A stretch of 45,251 nucleotides of DNA, taken from assembly GCA_963592385.1 (NCBI GenBank), contig CAVAWX010000004.1:1-45251 (forward strand), written 5' to 3'. Below the pieces are notes generated by a model. It had not been told where the DNA came from, made no database searches, and saw nothing but the letters and a program-made list of their open reading frames with translations. Below are positions 25,339-33,234 of this stretch, piece after piece. Origin of the DNA: Acidaminococcaceae bacterium (GTDB lineage: Bacteria > Actinomycetota > Coriobacteriia > Coriobacteriales > QAMH01). Each line of letters begins with the position of its first letter. Within the stretch, counting starts at the first letter, position 1. Made by a program: the position numbers and the translations under genes.

Positions 25339-26889
25339 CTATTGCCTAGACGGGAAATACAGCGACACGTACAGGACCTTCCAGCTCAGGCCGTCGCGTC
25401 CCAGCCCCACCTCGTAGGAGATGTCGCCGCCTTCCTGCAGCGTGGACTTCACGTACACCTTGGACTGCGCCATGCCGCGCTCGACCGCCTCGACGCTGCA
25501 GCCGCTCGTGCCCGACAGGGCGGCGACCTGCGTGCTGCGCGAGCTGGAGTCCACCGAGGAATCCCAGTAGGCGTCCGTCGAGCTCTTGGCCTGCGCGGAG
25601 GTGAAGAACTGCTGCGCCACGCTTTCCGCCGAGGGGTAGCCGTAGCCTGCCGCGTACGCGCCGATGACCGCAGCCACCAAAACGATCAGCAGCGCCACGA
25701 TGGCGATGGCCACTTTCAGGCCGACGCCGCCCGAGCGGTGCTTCTTGCGGCGGCGCATCATCTCCGCCTCTTCGTCGATCTGCGCTTCGCTCGTGTCGAA
25801 AAAGCCCGACATCTCCGGCGAGGGGATGTCGCCGGTCTCGCTCGGGGCATATGCGCCGGGGAAACGCCCCGTGCCCTCGTAGGCGCGGTCGGCGTCTGCG
25901 CCGTCGGAGGCGGCGTAGCTCAGCGAGTAGCCCTCGTCGCGGTAGGCCTCCATGCTGCCCGTGGTGCCGAAGAAGGGCTGCGCGTCGGCGCCTGCCTGCG
26001 TCTGCGGGGTGAAGGGGTCGGACTGCGCGTCGCCTGCGGCACTCGCCGCCGCAGCTCCCGCCACGCCTGCCGCAGCTGCCACGCCTGCCGCGCCTGCCGC
26101 GCCCGCCGCGTCCGCGCCCTCTGCGGGGACGGCCGGCAGGCTCGCGGTGTCGAGTATGCCGGGGGCCTTGGCCTCGAGGCGTTTCTCCAGCCCGCGCGCC
26201 ACGTCGAGGTCGTGCGCGGCCATCGCAGAAAGCTCGTAGCTGCCGTCGGCCGTGGCCTCGTCGAACGCCGAGATCGCGCGCTTCACCCGGCCCTCCGCCA
26301 TGTAGGCCTGGCCCAGAGCCGCCCACGCTTTATTGGCGGCCGGCTTGTCCAGCCCCAAGTCGAGCGCCGTCTCGTAGCTGACGACCGCGTCCTTGGGACG
26401 CGCAAGCTCCATGAAGCAGGCGCCCAGGTTCACCAGCGCCTTCGCGGGCTTCGGGTTGTTCGGGTCGAGCGCCGCCTCGCGCCACGCCGCGCCCGCCTCC
26501 TCGGTCTTGCCCAGGGCGAGCTGCGCCGCGCCGATGCCGCTGTAGGCCTTGTAGGGCGTGCGGTAGCCGGGGCAGTCGAGCGCCTTGTTGAACGCGGAGA
26601 GCGCCTCGTCGTAGTCCTTGACGCCCAGCAAGGCGGTCCCCAAGCTGGCGTAGAGCGCGGGTTTGCGCTCGTCAGAGCACGTGGAGAGCGCGCGGGTGTA
26701 GCTCTCGGCCGCGCGTCGCGCGTCGCCGGTCTTGATGCGGCAGTTGCCCAGCAGCTGGAAGAACTTCGCCTTGTCCTCCCCGCTCAGGCCGTCGAGCTCG
26801 TGCGAGCAGGCCAGAAAGCCCGCCAGCGCCGTCTTGTAGTCCTTGGCCGCATACGCCTCGCGTGCCTGTTTGAATGCCGTGACGTTCAA
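25339..26889 (-). CDS. Bitopic TPR-repeat protein: cytoplasmic TPRs, a disordered linker, one TM helix and a small C-terminal extracytoplasmic domain
   Basis: 516-aa ORF. It has several TPR-like 34-mers (YKTALAGFLAC, DYDEALSAFNKAL, EEAGAAWREAL, AVVSYETAL), an Ala/Gly-rich linker, an RRRKKHR-plus-hydrophobic helix (LKVAIAIVALLIVLVAAVIGAYAAG), and then a domain of about 110 aa. Confidence 0.8.
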   Translation of the reverse strand: MNVTAFKQAREAYAAKDYKTALAGFLACSHELDGLSGEDKAKFFQLLGNCRIKTGDARRAAESYTRALSTCSDERKPALYASLGTALLGVKDYDEALSAFNKALDCPGYRTPYKAYSGIGAAQLALGKTEEAGAAWREAALDPNNPKPAKALVNLGACFMELARPKDAVVSYETALDLGLDKPAANKAWAALGQAYMAEGRVKRAISAFDEATADGSYELSAMAAHDLDVARGLEKRLEAKAPGILDTASLPAVPAEGADAAGAAGAAGVAAAAGVAGAAAASAAGDAQSDPFTPQTQAGADAQPFFGTTGSMEAYRDEGYSLSYAASDGADADRAYEGTGRFPGAYAPSETGDIPSPEMSGFFDTSEAQIDEEAEMMRRRKKHRSGGVGLKVAIAIVALLIVLVAAVIGAYAAGYGYPSAESVAQQFFTSAQAKSSTDAYWDSSVDSSSRSTQVAALSGTSGCSVEAVERGMAQSKVYVKSTLQEGGDISYEVGLGRDGLSWKVLYVSLYFPSRQ

Positions 26890-26922
26890 AATGCGCCTCC
26901 CGATGCGATCGGTCGTCTTTTT

Positions 26923-27453
26923 TTAGTTGGCGCCCTCGATACGCACGGACTCGATCAGGTCGCCGGCACGCAGCTGGCCGATGACGTCGAGGCCTTCGAG
27001 CGTGTCGCCGAAAACCGTGTAGTTGGGGTTGAGGAAGGGCTGGTCGCCCAGGCAGAAGTAGAACTGGCTGCCCGCGGAGTCCGGCGCCATGCTGCGCGCC
27101 ATGGCCAGCGTGCCGTCCTTGTGCTCGTTGTGGGGGTTGGTCGTCCACTCGCCCTTGATGGAATAGCCCGGGCCGCCCGTGCCGGGACGACCGGCAGGAC
27201 CGGATTTACCCGCCGCGACGTCGGCCTGGCTCATGTCGCGCGTGTTGGGGCAGCCGCCCTGGATGACAAAGCCCGGCTCGTAGCGGTGGAACTTCAGGCC
27301 GTCGTAGAAGCCCTTCTGCGCCAGCTCGACGAAGTTGCCCACGTGGATGGGGGCGTCCTCGCCGTGGAGCTGCACCTTGATGGTGCCCTTGTCCGTCGTG
27401 ATGACGGCGACCTCGTTGCCGTTGGGCTTGTAGTCCGGAGTGTAGAGTGCCAT
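26923..27453 (-). CDS. Peptidyl-prolyl cis-trans isomerase, cyclophilin type
   Basis: 176-aa ORF. Motifs: FHRYEPGFVIQGG, GTLAMARS, GSQFYFCL, YTVFG. Confidence 0.93.
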   Translation of the reverse strand: MALYTPDYKPNGNEVAVITTDKGTIKVQLHGEDAPIHVGNFVELAQKGFYDGLKFHRYEPGFVIQGGCPNTRDMSQADVAAGKSGPAGRPGTGGPGYSIKGEWTTNPHNEHKDGTLAMARSMAPDSAGSQFYFCLGDQPFLNPNYTVFGDTLEGLDVIGQLRAGDLIESVRIEGAN

Positions 27454-27603
27454 TTCTCGCGTTCCTCTCTTGGAGCGCGCGCCGTCGTCGGGGCGCGTCC
27501 TTCAGTGCGACACGAACATTAACTTGGTAATTCTAGCGTAAAACGAAAAAACGGCGAAATCCACAGCAAACCTGCGCAAACGCGCCCGATTCCCCCGGGC
27601 GGC

Positions 27604-28689
27604 CTATTCGAGAATCTTTGCGACCTGCCTGTTCTTCAGGCGATTGACCGCGTCGACCTTCCAGCGCGGATAGTCGAATCCGGGGTCCTCGTACTCGAAG
27701 TCGGAAAGCGCGACGAGCTTTGCGCGGATGGCGGGCGTGATGACGGCGCGCGCGATATCCACGAAATCGGTGCCGATTTTCGGACCGAGCATGCTGACAT
27801 ACTCCTCGAAGTCGTCCTGCTCCATCATCATGGGCAGGCAAGCCATGTTGTGGTCGAAAAGCGGCGCCATGCGCACGACCTCGCCGGTGGCGTTGTCCAC
27901 GAGAAAGCCGTAGTTGCCGGCGTGGCGGTCCACGTTCGCCATGACCGCGTCCATCACGATCATTTCGCGGAAGCTCTCCTCGGCGCCGTGCTCGGCGGAA
28001 AACGCCAGCATGTCGTTCAGGCCGAACGTCTTGTCGAAGAATCGGTACGCGGGGACAAACCCGTGCTCTTCCGAGGTGAAGATGGGGCATTTGCAAGCAA
28101 GCTTGCCGTGGAACTTCACGAGGCTGTAGGGCACGTGGTCAACCTTGGCCGCCTGCAGCAGATCCGACGCGAGCACCTCCGAATACGTCTCGAAGCCGGC
28201 GTTGGCAAAGCCGCTCGACCCGCGCTTCAGCAGCGATATCTGCTCCTCCTCGCGAATCCAGCACTTGGCAAAAGAACCGGACGTGGCAAACTCGGGCGAA
28301 GTCGGCGAGTTCTCCCGCCCGTACATCCCGACACCATCGAAAGCGATACGCGCGACGACGTCGTCGAAGGGATTGCGAAACAGCGAGACGTCCTCCCAGC
28401 GCAGGGGCTCGTCTTCGCGCTTCATCCAAAACGTGTCGGTGAGCGAGAGGCAGCGCACCATGCCGATGAAATCGTGGCGCGTGGTCAGGCCGAGCTCGCG
28501 CATCAGCTTCTCGATGGACGCGCGGTGCTTGGCGATCTGCCGGCCGTCGATCCAGTCGTTGATGTCGATGAAGCCGTACGGCATGTAGCCATCGCAAGAA
28601 TCGACGGAATCGTAGTAGTACTCGTCGGGCTCCTCGCGTTCGCGATACGTGGCGACCACCACGTCCTTGTTCATAAGCTGGTAGAGCAT
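27604..28689 (-). CDS. HipA-like serine/threonine kinase (HipA C-terminal catalytic core), solitary
   Basis: 361-aa ORF. The catalytic-loop-like motif MANVDRHAGNYGFLV (D-x-H-x-x-N) and the downstream APLFDHN motif match the HipA_C pattern. The N-terminal region (WIDGRQIAKHR...LSLTDTFWMK) resembles the HipA-like N-domain. GAAGGAGG lies 6 nt upstream of the ATG. Confidence 0.7.
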   Translation of the reverse strand: MLYQLMNKDVVVATYREREEPDEYYYDSVDSCDGYMPYGFIDINDWIDGRQIAKHRASIEKLMRELGLTTRHDFIGMVRCLSLTDTFWMKREDEPLRWEDVSLFRNPFDDVVARIAFDGVGMYGRENSPTSPEFATSGSFAKCWIREEEQISLLKRGSSGFANAGFETYSEVLASDLLQAAKVDHVPYSLVKFHGKLACKCPIFTSEEHGFVPAYRFFDKTFGLNDMLAFSAEHGAEESFREMIVMDAVMANVDRHAGNYGFLVDNATGEVVRMAPLFDHNMACLPMMMEQDDFEEYVSMLGPKIGTDFVDIARAVITPAIRAKLVALSDFEYEDPGFDYPRWKVDAVNRLKNRQVAKILE

Positions 28690-28743
28690 GGCACACCTCC
28701 TTCACGCGCGTCGTTGTGCCTTCGCGTGCCCTGGCAACGCCTC

Positions 28744-28749
28744 ATTATA
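28744..28749 (-). promoter_or_regulatory. Candidate -10 box (TATAAT) for the HipA-like gene
   Basis: Consensus TATAAT on the minus strand, 54 nt upstream of the ATG at 28689 and downstream of the neighbouring gene's terminator. Confidence 0.4.
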
Positions 28750-28913
28750 CGTCTGCATGCAAAGGCGAACCCGCACAACGGGAGATGGGAAGCGCAGGCG
28801 GGTGTTTCACCATGCTGTTCTCGTGCGAAAAAGGGCGCGAGGTCTTCGCGGGCGCGACTTCAAAGGCGCGCCCCCCAGGACGCAGCGCCGAGGAAAGCTC
28901 AAGACGCACGCCC

Positions 28914-28940
28914 AAAAGGCGCCAAACTGCACGGGCGCCC
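28914..28940 (-). terminator. Rho-independent terminator after the NlpC/P60 gene
   Basis: On the minus strand the sequence reads GGCGCC, a 10-nt loop, GGCGCC, then TTTTGGG. It begins about 30 nt after the stop at 28971. Confidence 0.5.
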
Positions 28941-28970
28941 AGTGGCATCTGGGGCGTGGAGCTGCCTTTC

Positions 28971-30080
28971 CTAGAAGCGCAGCGCGCAGGTCCAGCGGCC
29001 GCCGCTGCCCTCGCACACCACGGCGCCGGAGTGCGGGGCGTGGATGTAGTTGGTGCCGCCGGTGGAGATGGCCACGTGGCCGGAGCGCCACAGGATGTCG
29101 CCGGGGGCGGCGTCCTCGGGGTTCAAGATGGCCTTGGCGCAGTTCTTCTGAGACACGTCGTAGTGGGGCAGCGAGATGCCGATCTGCGCGTAGCACCACA
29201 TGGTCAGGCCCGAGCAGTCGAAGGTGTCCGGGCCAGACGCACCCCACACGTACGGGCAGCCGATGCGCGAATACGCGTAGTCCACGACGCTGCCGTTCGT
29301 GGGGATGGAGCTCGACGAGGCATATCCGCCGCTGCTCGAGCTGGACGACGAGGACGAGGAGCCGGAGCTGCTCGAACCCGACGACGACGAAGAGCTTTCC
29401 TGGGTGACCGTCGGGGTGTAGGCGGCGGCGGCCGCAGCTGCGGCGCGGTCGCGCTCGGCCTGCTCCTGCTCCAGAAGTTGCTGGTACTCGGAGGACAGGC
29501 TGTTGTAGAGGTTCGTGTACTCGCTTTGCTTTTGCTCGACCGTCGCCTTGTAGCTGTTCGCCTCGGAAACGGCCGTCTTGGCCGCCTGCTGGTTGGCCGC
29601 GAGCTCTTCTTGCGTGTTCTCGAGCTCCTGCTTGGCCGCCTTGGCCTCGGAGACGAGGTCCGCGTCGTTTTCGTTGAGGTTGTTCAGGGTGTCCCACACG
29701 GTGGCGAAATCGGCAAACGACGCCGTGCCCAGCAACACGTCCAGGTAGCTCATGGAGCCGTTGCGGTACATGCTCGTCGCGCGCGTCTCCAGGCGCCCCT
29801 GCAGGCCGCCGATCTTCTCCTGCGCGGCAGAGATCTTCGCCTCGCACTCCTCGACGGCGTTCGTCGCGTTGTTGTAGTCGTCTTGGGCCTTGTTGTACTG
29901 CTGGACGGCAGTCTCGAACTCGCTGTTGATGGACTCGAGCTGCGAGGCGACCTGCTGGACCTCGGCCTGCTTTTCGGCCGAGGTGACGGCATGGGCCTGC
30001 TGCGGGGCCAGCGCGAGCGCGGCTCCGGCGACGACGGCTGCTGCCTTGGTGAAAGACCTGCGATCAAGTTCGAGCGGCAT
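28971..30080 (-). CDS. Secreted NlpC/P60 (C40) peptidoglycan endopeptidase with an N-terminal coiled-coil domain (RipA-like architecture)
   Basis: 369-aa ORF. It has a Tat-like signal (DRRSFTKAAAVVAGAALALAPQQAHA), a long coiled coil, a poly-Ser linker, and a C-terminal catalytic domain (YVWGASGPDTFDCSGLTMW...GHVAIS...HAP). Confidence 0.88.
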   Translation of the reverse strand: MPLELDRRSFTKAAAVVAGAALALAPQQAHAVTSAEKQAEVQQVASQLESINSEFETAVQQYNKAQDDYNNATNAVEECEAKISAAQEKIGGLQGRLETRATSMYRNGSMSYLDVLLGTASFADFATVWDTLNNLNENDADLVSEAKAAKQELENTQEELAANQQAAKTAVSEANSYKATVEQKQSEYTNLYNSLSSEYQQLLEQEQAERDRAAAAAAAAYTPTVTQESSSSSSGSSSSGSSSSSSSSSSGGYASSSSIPTNGSVVDYAYSRIGCPYVWGASGPDTFDCSGLTMWCYAQIGISLPHYDVSQKNCAKAILNPEDAAPGDILWRSGHVAISTGGTNYIHAPHSGAVVCEGSGGRWTCALRF

Positions 30081-30264
30081 GTTGAAAACCTCCGCGTGTG
30101 TTCGTCGTGCTTTTCATATGAGTGCTCATAGTACACCCGATTTCGGGCGCGGCCGAAAATTTCAGGTTTTTCGCCCACATCCCCTTCACATTTGAACGAG
30201 AAAACGGGGCGGGCGGCTCGCACGCGCGGGCACTGCGGGCGCTGCGCGCCGAAAAGGGTGAAGC

Positions 30265-31173
30265 TCAGCGCGAAAACGCGTTGCAGAACGCGTCGAGCAC
30301 GAGCACGGCCAGATGCTGCTGCCATTGCTCCGCGCTCACCTGCGCCAGGCTGTCCGCGGGCGGCAGCAGCTCGACGACCAGGCGGCGCTCGCCGGCGCCG
30401 GCCAGCTCGAGGGCCGTCGCCAGCCGCTTCGAAAACGAGTAGTCCGCCGAGACCGCCACCATGGGCACGCCCTCTTGCGCGGGCGCCCCCGGCGAGGCCA
30501 CCCCCACCAGCAGCATGCTCGCGTGCGGCACGCCGTCCAGCTCGTCGGCGCACATCACGCGGGCGGTCGGAGTCGTCGCGCGCGCCAAATTCGCGATGCG
30601 GGCGGCGACGGCACGCCCCGCCTCGTCGAGGCCGTAGAAGCACGCCTCCATGTCCTGCAGCGCCTCGAAGGCCCGGGCAAGCCCCATGTAGGCCCTGTCT
30701 GCGGGCACCTCCTCGGCCGCCTGCTTGTCGGCCCAGGCGTGGTGCAGGCGCTCGATGGCGTCGTAGGTGCTCGCGCCCGCGATGCCGTCGTCCATGATGC
30801 CCGCGGAGGCCTGGAACTCGCGCAAGGCGCGCTCCGTGTGCGGGCCGAATATGCCGTCCGGATCGCCCGTGACGAAGCCGAGCACGTCGAGTATGCCCTG
30901 CAGGGAACGGACGTCCTGGCCGTGGAAATAGGGCATGCGCAGGTACAGCATGCGGTCGCCCAGCGCAAAGCTCGCATCCACGAGGGCGTTCCACGTGGCC
31001 TCGTCCACCTCGTCGCCCGCAGGCAGGCCCTCGCTTTGGCGAAACGCCTCGACGGCCGCGCGCGTCTTTTCACCGAACGTGGAATCCACCCGCAGCTCGT
31101 AGCCGAGCATGCGCAGGCGCCGCTGCACGTCGTAGACGGCAGAACCCGTGCTGCCGATGCGAATGACGTCCAT
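30265..31173 (-). CDS. Protein with two peptidoglycan-binding (PG_binding_1-like) repeats and an uncharacterised C-terminal domain of about 150 aa
   Basis: 302-aa ORF. The repeats are GSTGSAVYDVQRRLRMLGY...FGEKTRAAVEAFRQSEGL and GQDVRSLQGILDVLGF...FGPHTERALREFQASAGI. I recognised no signal peptide. Confidence 0.75.
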   Translation of the reverse strand: MDVIRIGSTGSAVYDVQRRLRMLGYELRVDSTFGEKTRAAVEAFRQSEGLPAGDEVDEATWNALVDASFALGDRMLYLRMPYFHGQDVRSLQGILDVLGFVTGDPDGIFGPHTERALREFQASAGIMDDGIAGASTYDAIERLHHAWADKQAAEEVPADRAYMGLARAFEALQDMEACFYGLDEAGRAVAARIANLARATTPTARVMCADELDGVPHASMLLVGVASPGAPAQEGVPMVAVSADYSFSKRLATALELAGAGERRLVVELLPPADSLAQVSAEQWQQHLAVLVLDAFCNAFSR

Positions 31174-31182
31174 GGCGGCCGC

Positions 31183-32202
31183 CTACCTGAGCCTGCTGAC
31201 GAAGAAATCGCCCATGGCCAAGAGCAGCTTGCGCGCGGTCGAGGGCGGCAGGGCCTCCTCGAGGTCGTGCTGGTGCTTGTGCGCCAGCTCGATGGCGTAG
31301 GCGCGCGCGTAGTCGATGGAGCCGGCCCGCTGCATGATCTGCACCGCGCGCTCCAAGGCCGCAGGCTCGCTTTGCTGCGTCGAGAGTATGTCGAGCAGCT
31401 CGTCGCGCTCGGCGGCCGGCGCGTGCTCGAGCGCGTGCACGGCGATCATGGTGCGCTTGCCCTCGGTGATGTCGCTGCGGAAGTCCTTTTCCGCAGCCTC
31501 CTTCGACCCCACGAGGTTGAGCAGGTCGTCTTGAATCTGGAAGGCCAGCCCGGTCGACATGCCGTAGGCGCGCAAGGCCTCGATCTGCGCCTCGCTGCCG
31601 CCGCCGATGATGGCGCCCACGGCCAGCGGGACGCCGCCCGAATAGAACGCCGTCTTGTGCTCGGCCATGACCACGTAATCGTCGACGGTGATGTCGAAGC
31701 GCTTGTCGCGCGCCCAGCCGATGTCGAGCGCCTGGCCCTCGATGGTGCGCGTCGTCATGTCCACGAGCTCTTTGAGCACGCGCAGCTTCACCGCATCCGA
31801 CAGGCTGTCGTCGTCCACCACGGCGCCCGTGACCAGCGACAACGCGAGGTCGCCCGCGTTGATGGCCAGCCCTTCGCCCTCCTGTATGTGCAGGCAGGGC
31901 TTGCCGCGGCGCAGCATCGAGTCGTCGGCGATGTCGTCGTGGATGAGGGCCGCCGTGTGGAAATGCTCGATCGCGGCGGCGGCGGCCAGCGCGCGCTCCT
32001 CGTCGCCGCCCACCGCCTGGCAGGCGAGCAGGCAAATGAGGGGGCGATGGCGCTTGCCCCCGTTTGCCGCGTAGCGCGCCAGCGGCTCGTAGAGATAACG
32101 GTCCATGTCCGGGTGCGTGCCCTCGGAAAAATAGCTCGCTATGACCTCGCCGACGCGGGACGTCTTCGAGTTCAGGTATTTCTCGAAAATGGATAGTGCC
32201 AT
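31183..32202 (-). CDS. Polyprenyl diphosphate synthase (trans-isoprenyl diphosphate synthase family)
   Basis: 339-aa ORF. First Asp-rich motif: LIHDDIADD. Second: FQIQDDLLN. Also KRHRPL and GKP. Chain length cannot be told from the sequence alone. Confidence 0.92.
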   Translation of the reverse strand: MALSIFEKYLNSKTSRVGEVIASYFSEGTHPDMDRYLYEPLARYAANGGKRHRPLICLLACQAVGGDEERALAAAAAIEHFHTAALIHDDIADDSMLRRGKPCLHIQEGEGLAINAGDLALSLVTGAVVDDDSLSDAVKLRVLKELVDMTTRTIEGQALDIGWARDKRFDITVDDYVVMAEHKTAFYSGGVPLAVGAIIGGGSEAQIEALRAYGMSTGLAFQIQDDLLNLVGSKEAAEKDFRSDITEGKRTMIAVHALEHAPAAERDELLDILSTQQSEPAALERAVQIMQRAGSIDYARAYAIELAHKHQHDLEEALPPSTARKLLLAMGDFFVSRLR

Positions 32203-32203
32203 A

Positions 32204-32599
32204 TTAAATCTTCTGGTTGCGTCCTCCGATATTGCTCTGGTAGCGGACGAAGCTCTCGGCGCGGACGCTGTCCACGTCGATGCCGAAGTTCGGGTCCTCG
32301 TCGTCGTCCTCGTCGCTCACGCGGGCGTCGAACACGCGCTTTCCGTTGCAGACGACGCGCTCGACGAACAGGGCGTCTTCCTTGTCGTCTTGCGCGGTGA
32401 AGTACATCTTGAACGGCACGCGCAGCTCGCCTTCCGCGACATAGTAGCCCTTCTCGTGCTTCACCTTCCAATCGATGCTCTGGACGCTCTTCTCGAAGTG
32501 GAAGCCCTCCGCAGCGTCGGTCATGTGCTGCTTCAGGTCCAACGAGGCAAACGCCGCCACCCGGTAGTCCGGAATCCCGTGTTGTTCCTGCTTCGCCAT
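32204..32599 (-). CDS. Hypothetical 131-aa soluble protein, translationally coupled to the polyprenyl synthase
   Basis: The ATG at 32599 (MAKQEQ) has AAGGAGG 8 nt upstream. The TAA stop at 32204-32206 lies 1 nt before the synthase ATG (32200-32202). The sequence looks beta-rich with an acidic patch (SDEDDDEDP). I recognised no family. Confidence 0.65.
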   Translation of the reverse strand: MAKQEQHGIPDYRVAAFASLDLKQHMTDAAEGFHFEKSVQSIDWKVKHEKGYYVAEGELRVPFKMYFTAQDDKEDALFVERVVCNGKRVFDARVSDEDDDEDPNFGIDVDSVRAESFVRYQSNIGGRNQKI

Positions 32600-32645
32600 G
32601 GTTGCACCCCTCCTTGCAAGCAAAGTTCCTACTTGAGACCTCCCC

Positions 32646-32651
32646 ATTGTA
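32646..32651 (-). promoter_or_regulatory. Candidate -10 box (TACAAT) for the 131-aa gene / polyprenyl synthase unit
   Basis: TACAAT on the minus strand, about 47 nt upstream of the ATG at 32599. Confidence 0.35.
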
Positions 32652-32778
32652 CGGCACCCGGCCCCGGGCGCGGGGCGCAAGTTTCCCGAGCGCACGGCAA
32701 GTTGCGCGAAAGACCCACCCGCCCACGCGACCGGACAAACGGCCCCGTCAACTCAACGCCAGCCAGGCGCGCATGGCC

Positions 32779-32787
32779 TGTTATGAT
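32779..32787 (+). promoter_or_regulatory. Extended -10 promoter (TGTTATGAT) for the small plus-strand ORF
   Basis: TGnTATGAT element, 41 nt upstream of the ATG at 32828. Confidence 0.45.
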
Positions 32788-32827
32788 GGCAGTACGGCTT
32801 TTGAATAGAAGCGGTTGGGGGGTAGCC

Positions 32828-33145
32828 ATGGACGACAAGACCGAGGAATTGGCCGGCGAGGAGATTGCCCGCTTCATCGAACTCCAGGCGAAAGAAGGCA
32901 AGACGGCAGAGGAGACCATCGAGGCCTTGACGGCAGCAGTCGGAGGCGAGACGCCGAAATTCAAGGAAAAGGAGCCTTTGGTCGCCGGTCAAGCCGACAC
33001 CGCGCCAACGCGAGCGGAGGATCTAGAGAGCGTTGCCGCGAAAGAAAACGATAAAGAAGAAAAGTTCCAGTTCTCATGGCCTCTCATTGTGATTGGAATG
33101 CTTTCAGTCATCGTGCCTTTCGTAATAGCAAAATTCTTTAGCTGA
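32828..33145 (+). CDS. Small 105-aa acidic protein with a single C-terminal TM helix (tail-anchored)
   Basis: This is the in-frame tail of track ORF 32141..33145. It reads MDDKTEELAGEEIARFIELQAKEGKTAEETIEAL...FSWPLIVIGMLSVIVPFVIAKFFS. The 3' third is conspicuously AT-richer than its surroundings. Confidence 0.55.
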   Translation: MDDKTEELAGEEIARFIELQAKEGKTAEETIEALTAAVGGETPKFKEKEPLVAGQADTAPTRAEDLESVAAKENDKEEKFQFSWPLIVIGMLSVIVPFVIAKFFS

Positions 33146-33183
33146 AAGTGAGAGCCGGGCGCGGGAGCGGCCACTTCTAGGAC

Positions 33184-33215
33184 GCGCGCTGCCTTTCCGG
33201 CAAAGAAGAGCGCGC
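33184..33215. terminator. Hairpin between convergent genes (putative bidirectional terminator)
   Basis: GCGCGCT (33184-33190) pairs with AGCGCGC (33209-33215), with further CTTT/AAAG pairing inside. It sits between the small plus-strand ORF stop and the FNT gene stop. Confidence 0.45.
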
Positions 33216-33234
33216 GGCGGCGATACGACGGAGG

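Noticed and set aside
28690-28970. A possible HipB-like antitoxin ORF upstream of the HipA-like gene, including track ORF 28745..28948.
   Set aside because: I translated all three minus-strand frames. The only ORF is Arg/Pro/Leu-rich, with no helix-turn-helix-like segment and no ribosome-binding site. The region is better explained by the neighbour's terminator plus the kinase promoter.
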